IMG/VR virus record: IMGVR_UViG_3300010354_000538
Coordinates: 1 to 26,392 of that record
Source: a virus
Taxonomy: Duplodnaviria > Caudoviricetes
Direction: 5' to 3' (one strand)
DNA: 26,392 bases
Part shown: positions 23,393 to 26,392 of the stretch, piece after piece
Position numbering within the stretch: the stretch's first letter is position 1
Layout: the number at the start of each line of letters is the position of its first letter
Position numbers and translations under genes: made by a program
The notes under the pieces: generated by a model
What the model saw: only the letters and a program-made list of their open reading frames with translations
Database searches by the model: none
Told to the model about the DNA's origin: nothing

Positions 23393-23805
23393 CGCCGAGG
23401 AGCCTGGCACAGAAGAAGGACGAAATGGTCGACGAGACCGTCATGTCCTTCTTCTGCCCCACCCGCCTGGGTACGGCGATCCGGGCGACCGAGTGGGATG
23501 TTGCGGAGGAGATGGAGCGTCTGGTAGACATCGCACGCAACGGGACCGGCAAGGTCTCCATCGACGCCATGAAGCGCATCAGGGAGATCGTGCGCGAGGT
23601 GGCAGAACTCAACGGAATGATCACCACGACTGCGGCAACGCAGACCGTCACGGAGACCAGTGGCGATGGGAAGACAATCACGCAATCGGCATCACGACTC
23701 GTCTCAAGCCTCAGGAGGGCCCCAAGTGCAATCACAGAAGACTCAACCGGAAGAATCGCAGCTACCTACCTGCCATCTCGCGGACCTGGATCCGCTGCTC
23801 AGTAA
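23389..23805 (+). CDS. Hypothetical protein, possible terminase small subunit
   Basis: ATGA coupling; size, helical core with beta tail and position before TerL. Function from position only. Confidence 0.45.
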   Translation: MTPRSLAQKKDEMVDETVMSFFCPTRLGTAIRATEWDVAEEMERLVDIARNGTGKVSIDAMKRIREIVREVAELNGMITTTAATQTVTETSGDGKTITQSASRLVSSLRRAPSAITEDSTGRIAATYLPSRGPGSAAQ

Positions 23806-24118
23806 GGCGTTTGCGCACATCGCCGCGATGGACGGGATGCAGGCCGCTCGAGGCGGTGCGCCCATCCTGTTCTCGATGGGCATCATTGACCCGGTCACCT
23901 GGTGGGGCGAGCCGTCGGAGCTCGGCAACGCGATCATCGAGCGCATCAAGATGAACAACCACGTGTTCCATCAGCGCTGGGTTGATGCAGCGACCGAGAT
24001 CGCGTCGGTCAGTCCCGCCGCCCATGAGCCTGCGTTCCTTGCCGCGTGCATCCTCCGCATGGCCGCCACCGAGCTGGTTGCGGTCAAGGGAATGCAGCGC
24101 AAGATGGTGGGTCTGTGA
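23726..24118 (+). CDS. Hypothetical protein (130 aa)
   Basis: GTG 23726 preceded by AGGAGG; stop overlaps the TerL GTG. Confidence 0.65.
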   Translation: MQSQKTQPEESQLPTCHLADLDPLLSKAFAHIAAMDGMQAARGGAPILFSMGIIDPVTWWGEPSELGNAIIERIKMNNHVFHQRWVDAATEIASVSPAAHEPAFLAACILRMAATELVAVKGMQRKMVGL

Positions 24119-26082
24119 ACCCGGTTGCCATCGACCTGCCTGCGCAGGGCAACGGCATGTGGCCGCTGCCTGCCGACTACCTCACGCTCACGCCCGAGGG
24201 CCAGCGCCTTGCCCGCGTGAACGCGTGCTCGCAGTGGCTCGTCCCCACCAACGATCCTGGCCTGAAGGCCACGCGATTCGCGGGGAGCGTCAACTTCTTC
24301 GACAACTGGTACCTCCACCCGGATTGGGAGGAGGACTTCAACCCGTACTTCTACGACGACGATCCGGTGGAGCCGCCGGCTGGACACTTCGCCATCTACC
24401 GGATGTGGGCGATGGCCGCGCGTTCGGTGGCGATTGCGCCCCGCGGATTCGCGAAGAGCAACTGCTTCCGCAAGACGGCGTTGCTTCAGATGCTCTCGCG
24501 TCCGGCGTTCTCATTCATCTACGCCACCAGCAGCATCGACAACGCGGAGCAGACGTCGCAGATCCTGAAGACGCAGTTCATCGCGAACAAGCGCATTGCG
24601 GATGACTTCTCTCCCGAGTTCCCCGACGGACGCATCACGCCCAAGCGCGGCGAGGCATCCTTCGGCGTCGAGCTCATGTACCTGGCGAACGGCTCGTGGT
24701 TCCGGGCGATTAGCGCCGAGAGCCGCCAGCGTGGTGGTCGCCCGCGCGTGTACGCGCTCGATGACCCGGAGTACGACCCGAAGGCGTCGACCAGCATGTC
24801 GATTCTCCGCTCGTACATGGAGCGTCTGCTGTTCAAGGTCGTGATGCCCATGGTCACCCGGCGCGATACGAGCGTGCGGTGGCTGGCAACGTTCGTGAGC
24901 CGGCGGCACTACGCGTGGCACGCGATGATGACGGAGCTTCTGGCGGACGGGAGCCGGGTCGCGAAGGATCCCCGCTTCGACCAGTGGGCTCGCCTGATCC
25001 TGAAGGCCGAGTACACGGACGAGGACGGGAAGCCGCAGAGCACCTGGCCGACCATGTGGCCGGTGGACCGGAAGACCCGCGATGCCAGCGAGAAGTTGAA
25101 GGGCCTGATCACCCTGGAAGACATCCGGGAGATGATCGGCAGCCACAACTACATGGCCGAGTACCTGGCCCAGCCGGGCGAGAGCGAGGAGGCCTACTTC
25201 GGTGACGTGACCCAGGAGCGGCACGGGTGGTGGCTCGAGCAGCCGGACACCGACAGCGACATCGACCCCTACGCCTCGAAGTCCACCGTGTGCTGGCGGA
25301 ACAAGTCCGGCGAGACCGAGCGCATGCCGCTCCCCGAGTTCCTGGTGGGGCGCGTCAAGCTGTTCGCAACGGTCGACACCTCGTACACGGCGACCACGGA
25401 CTCGGACTTCAAGGTCTGCACGATCATGGGGTACGACCCGGTCGAGGCGGTCCTGTTCGTTCTGGATACCTGGGGAGGCCAGTGCCGGGAGCCTGTCCTG
25501 ATCGAGCATGCGTTCCGGCTGGCCATGAAGTGGCGAGTTCCCTCAATCCACGTCGAGGTGGTTCGGCAGTCATTCAGCCTGTACGCGGCGATGGAGTCGA
25601 TGGTCAGGCAGCGGGCGGACCAGATCACGGGCATGACCCCGCCGAAGGTCGTGAAGCTGAACCCCGGCGTCATGGACAAGACCTCGAAGATCAGCGCCCT
25701 GAACTACCGCTTCGAGCACGGTCTGATCAAGCTCCCCACCTGGAGGCGTGGCCTGATGCCGTGGCGGCACCTGTTCGAGCAGATCGAGCAGTTCAACCCG
25801 GACGCCGAAAACGGCGGCCTGGCCCACGACGACTTCATCGACACGGTGGCCATGAGCATGTTCGTGGTCCGGGGACGCATGGAACGGTCGGCCGTCCAGC
25901 AGGTCGACGACGACCGGCTGGTCGTCGAGAACCCCCTCGAGGAGGTCGCCGCCGGCAACTATGTGGACAAGAAGTACGGGGTGAACATTGCGGATGCGAT
26001 GAATTTCAATAACATCTCGGTTGAGGATGCCCTCCGTATCATGAGGGATCCCGACCCCAGGAGCGGAGGTTCCCGTGTCTGA
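24115..26082 (+). CDS. terL: Terminase large subunit
   Basis: Walker A IAPRGFAKS, RGGRP..YALDDPE Walker B, RNase H-like TVDTS...DSDF, E, and HDDFIDT; GTGA-coupled start. Confidence 0.92.
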   Translation: MNPVAIDLPAQGNGMWPLPADYLTLTPEGQRLARVNACSQWLVPTNDPGLKATRFAGSVNFFDNWYLHPDWEEDFNPYFYDDDPVEPPAGHFAIYRMWAMAARSVAIAPRGFAKSNCFRKTALLQMLSRPAFSFIYATSSIDNAEQTSQILKTQFIANKRIADDFSPEFPDGRITPKRGEASFGVELMYLANGSWFRAISAESRQRGGRPRVYALDDPEYDPKASTSMSILRSYMERLLFKVVMPMVTRRDTSVRWLATFVSRRHYAWHAMMTELLADGSRVAKDPRFDQWARLILKAEYTDEDGKPQSTWPTMWPVDRKTRDASEKLKGLITLEDIREMIGSHNYMAEYLAQPGESEEAYFGDVTQERHGWWLEQPDTDSDIDPYASKSTVCWRNKSGETERMPLPEFLVGRVKLFATVDTSYTATTDSDFKVCTIMGYDPVEAVLFVLDTWGGQCREPVLIEHAFRLAMKWRVPSIHVEVVRQSFSLYAAMESMVRQRADQITGMTPPKVVKLNPGVMDKTSKISALNYRFEHGLIKLPTWRRGLMPWRHLFEQIEQFNPDAENGGLAHDDFIDTVAMSMFVVRGRMERSAVQQVDDDRLVVENPLEEVAAGNYVDKKYGVNIADAMNFNNISVEDALRIMRDPDPRSGGSRV

Positions 26083-26326
26083 CCAGATGATCTACGAAGC
26101 GCCGCGCCCGAGTCCCGGCCAGTTGACCGTGACGATCCCGCTCTCGTACTTCAACATGCTGGTCGAGTCCTACTACATGGGACGGCGGGAGCCCCAGGTC
26201 CAGCAGGTGCCGGTGCAGCCCCGAGAGGACGCACCGTTCGTGAACAGCAACTTCAACGGCGTCGACCTTCTGGAGGACATGCCTCCGGGGTGGACGCGAG
26301 TGAGGAAGAAGCCCGATGGCAAGTGA
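26075..26326 (+). CDS. Hypothetical protein (83 aa)
   Basis: GTG start with GGAGG SD, overlapping the TerL stop. Confidence 0.7.
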   Translation: MSDQMIYEAPRPSPGQLTVTIPLSYFNMLVESYYMGRREPQVQQVPVQPREDAPFVNSNFNGVDLLEDMPPGWTRVRKKPDGK

Positions 26327-26392
26327 CGGCGTCAACCTCCCGAAGGACCCGAAGAACCTCGGCAAGATCATCGACGCGCACGTGTCGCGCGA
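26316..26392 (+). CDS. 5' fragment of next gene (MASDGVNLPKDPKNLGKIIDAHVSR...), possibly portal
   Basis: ATG 26316 with GAGGAAG upstream, open to window end; portal call from position only. Confidence 0.5.
   Translation, partial: MASDGVNLPKDPKNLGKIIDAHVSR

Noticed and set aside
21284-23410. 708-aa - strand ORF (also 24511-25509)
   Set aside because: Antisense shadow of the 962-aa gene (and of terL); no SD or motifs.
1-26392. tRNA, rRNA, integrase, reverse transcriptase, introns/inteins, base-modification enzymes
   Set aside because: None recognised by eye; the modified-base idea therefore has no biosynthetic gene support within this window.

Overview
High-GC tailed-phage (Caudoviricetes) genome segment. 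The leftward (- strand) block, 38-17483, reads from right to left. It starts with small early/accessory genes (two possibly paralogous OB/SSB-like proteins, a Zn finger, DUF932-, DUF6878-, DUF6915- and DUF3085-like proteins). Then come a UDG-superfamily glycosylase, a very divergent family A DNA polymerase and an ERCC4 nuclease. An embedded virion/lysis cassette follows (capsid-cement::beta-helix fusion, holin-like protein, u-spanin-like lipoprotein, 38-aa membrane peptide), and the block ends with a PD-(D/E)xK nuclease and Sak4-like ATPase. A ~470-bp non-coding region (17484-17954) holds a multi-stem structure, an ori-like palindrome and a G/C skew inversion, next to a D5/P4-type SF3 helicase. 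The rightward block (19427-end) encodes a 962-aa Cys/His-free protein, the large terminase and a probable portal start. Most interesting: two large structured non-coding elements, hairpins in most wider intergenic gaps, the altered PolA plus SMUG1-motif Fe-S UDG, and the cement-depolymerase fusion. All family calls come from motif recognition by eye; no database searches were run.
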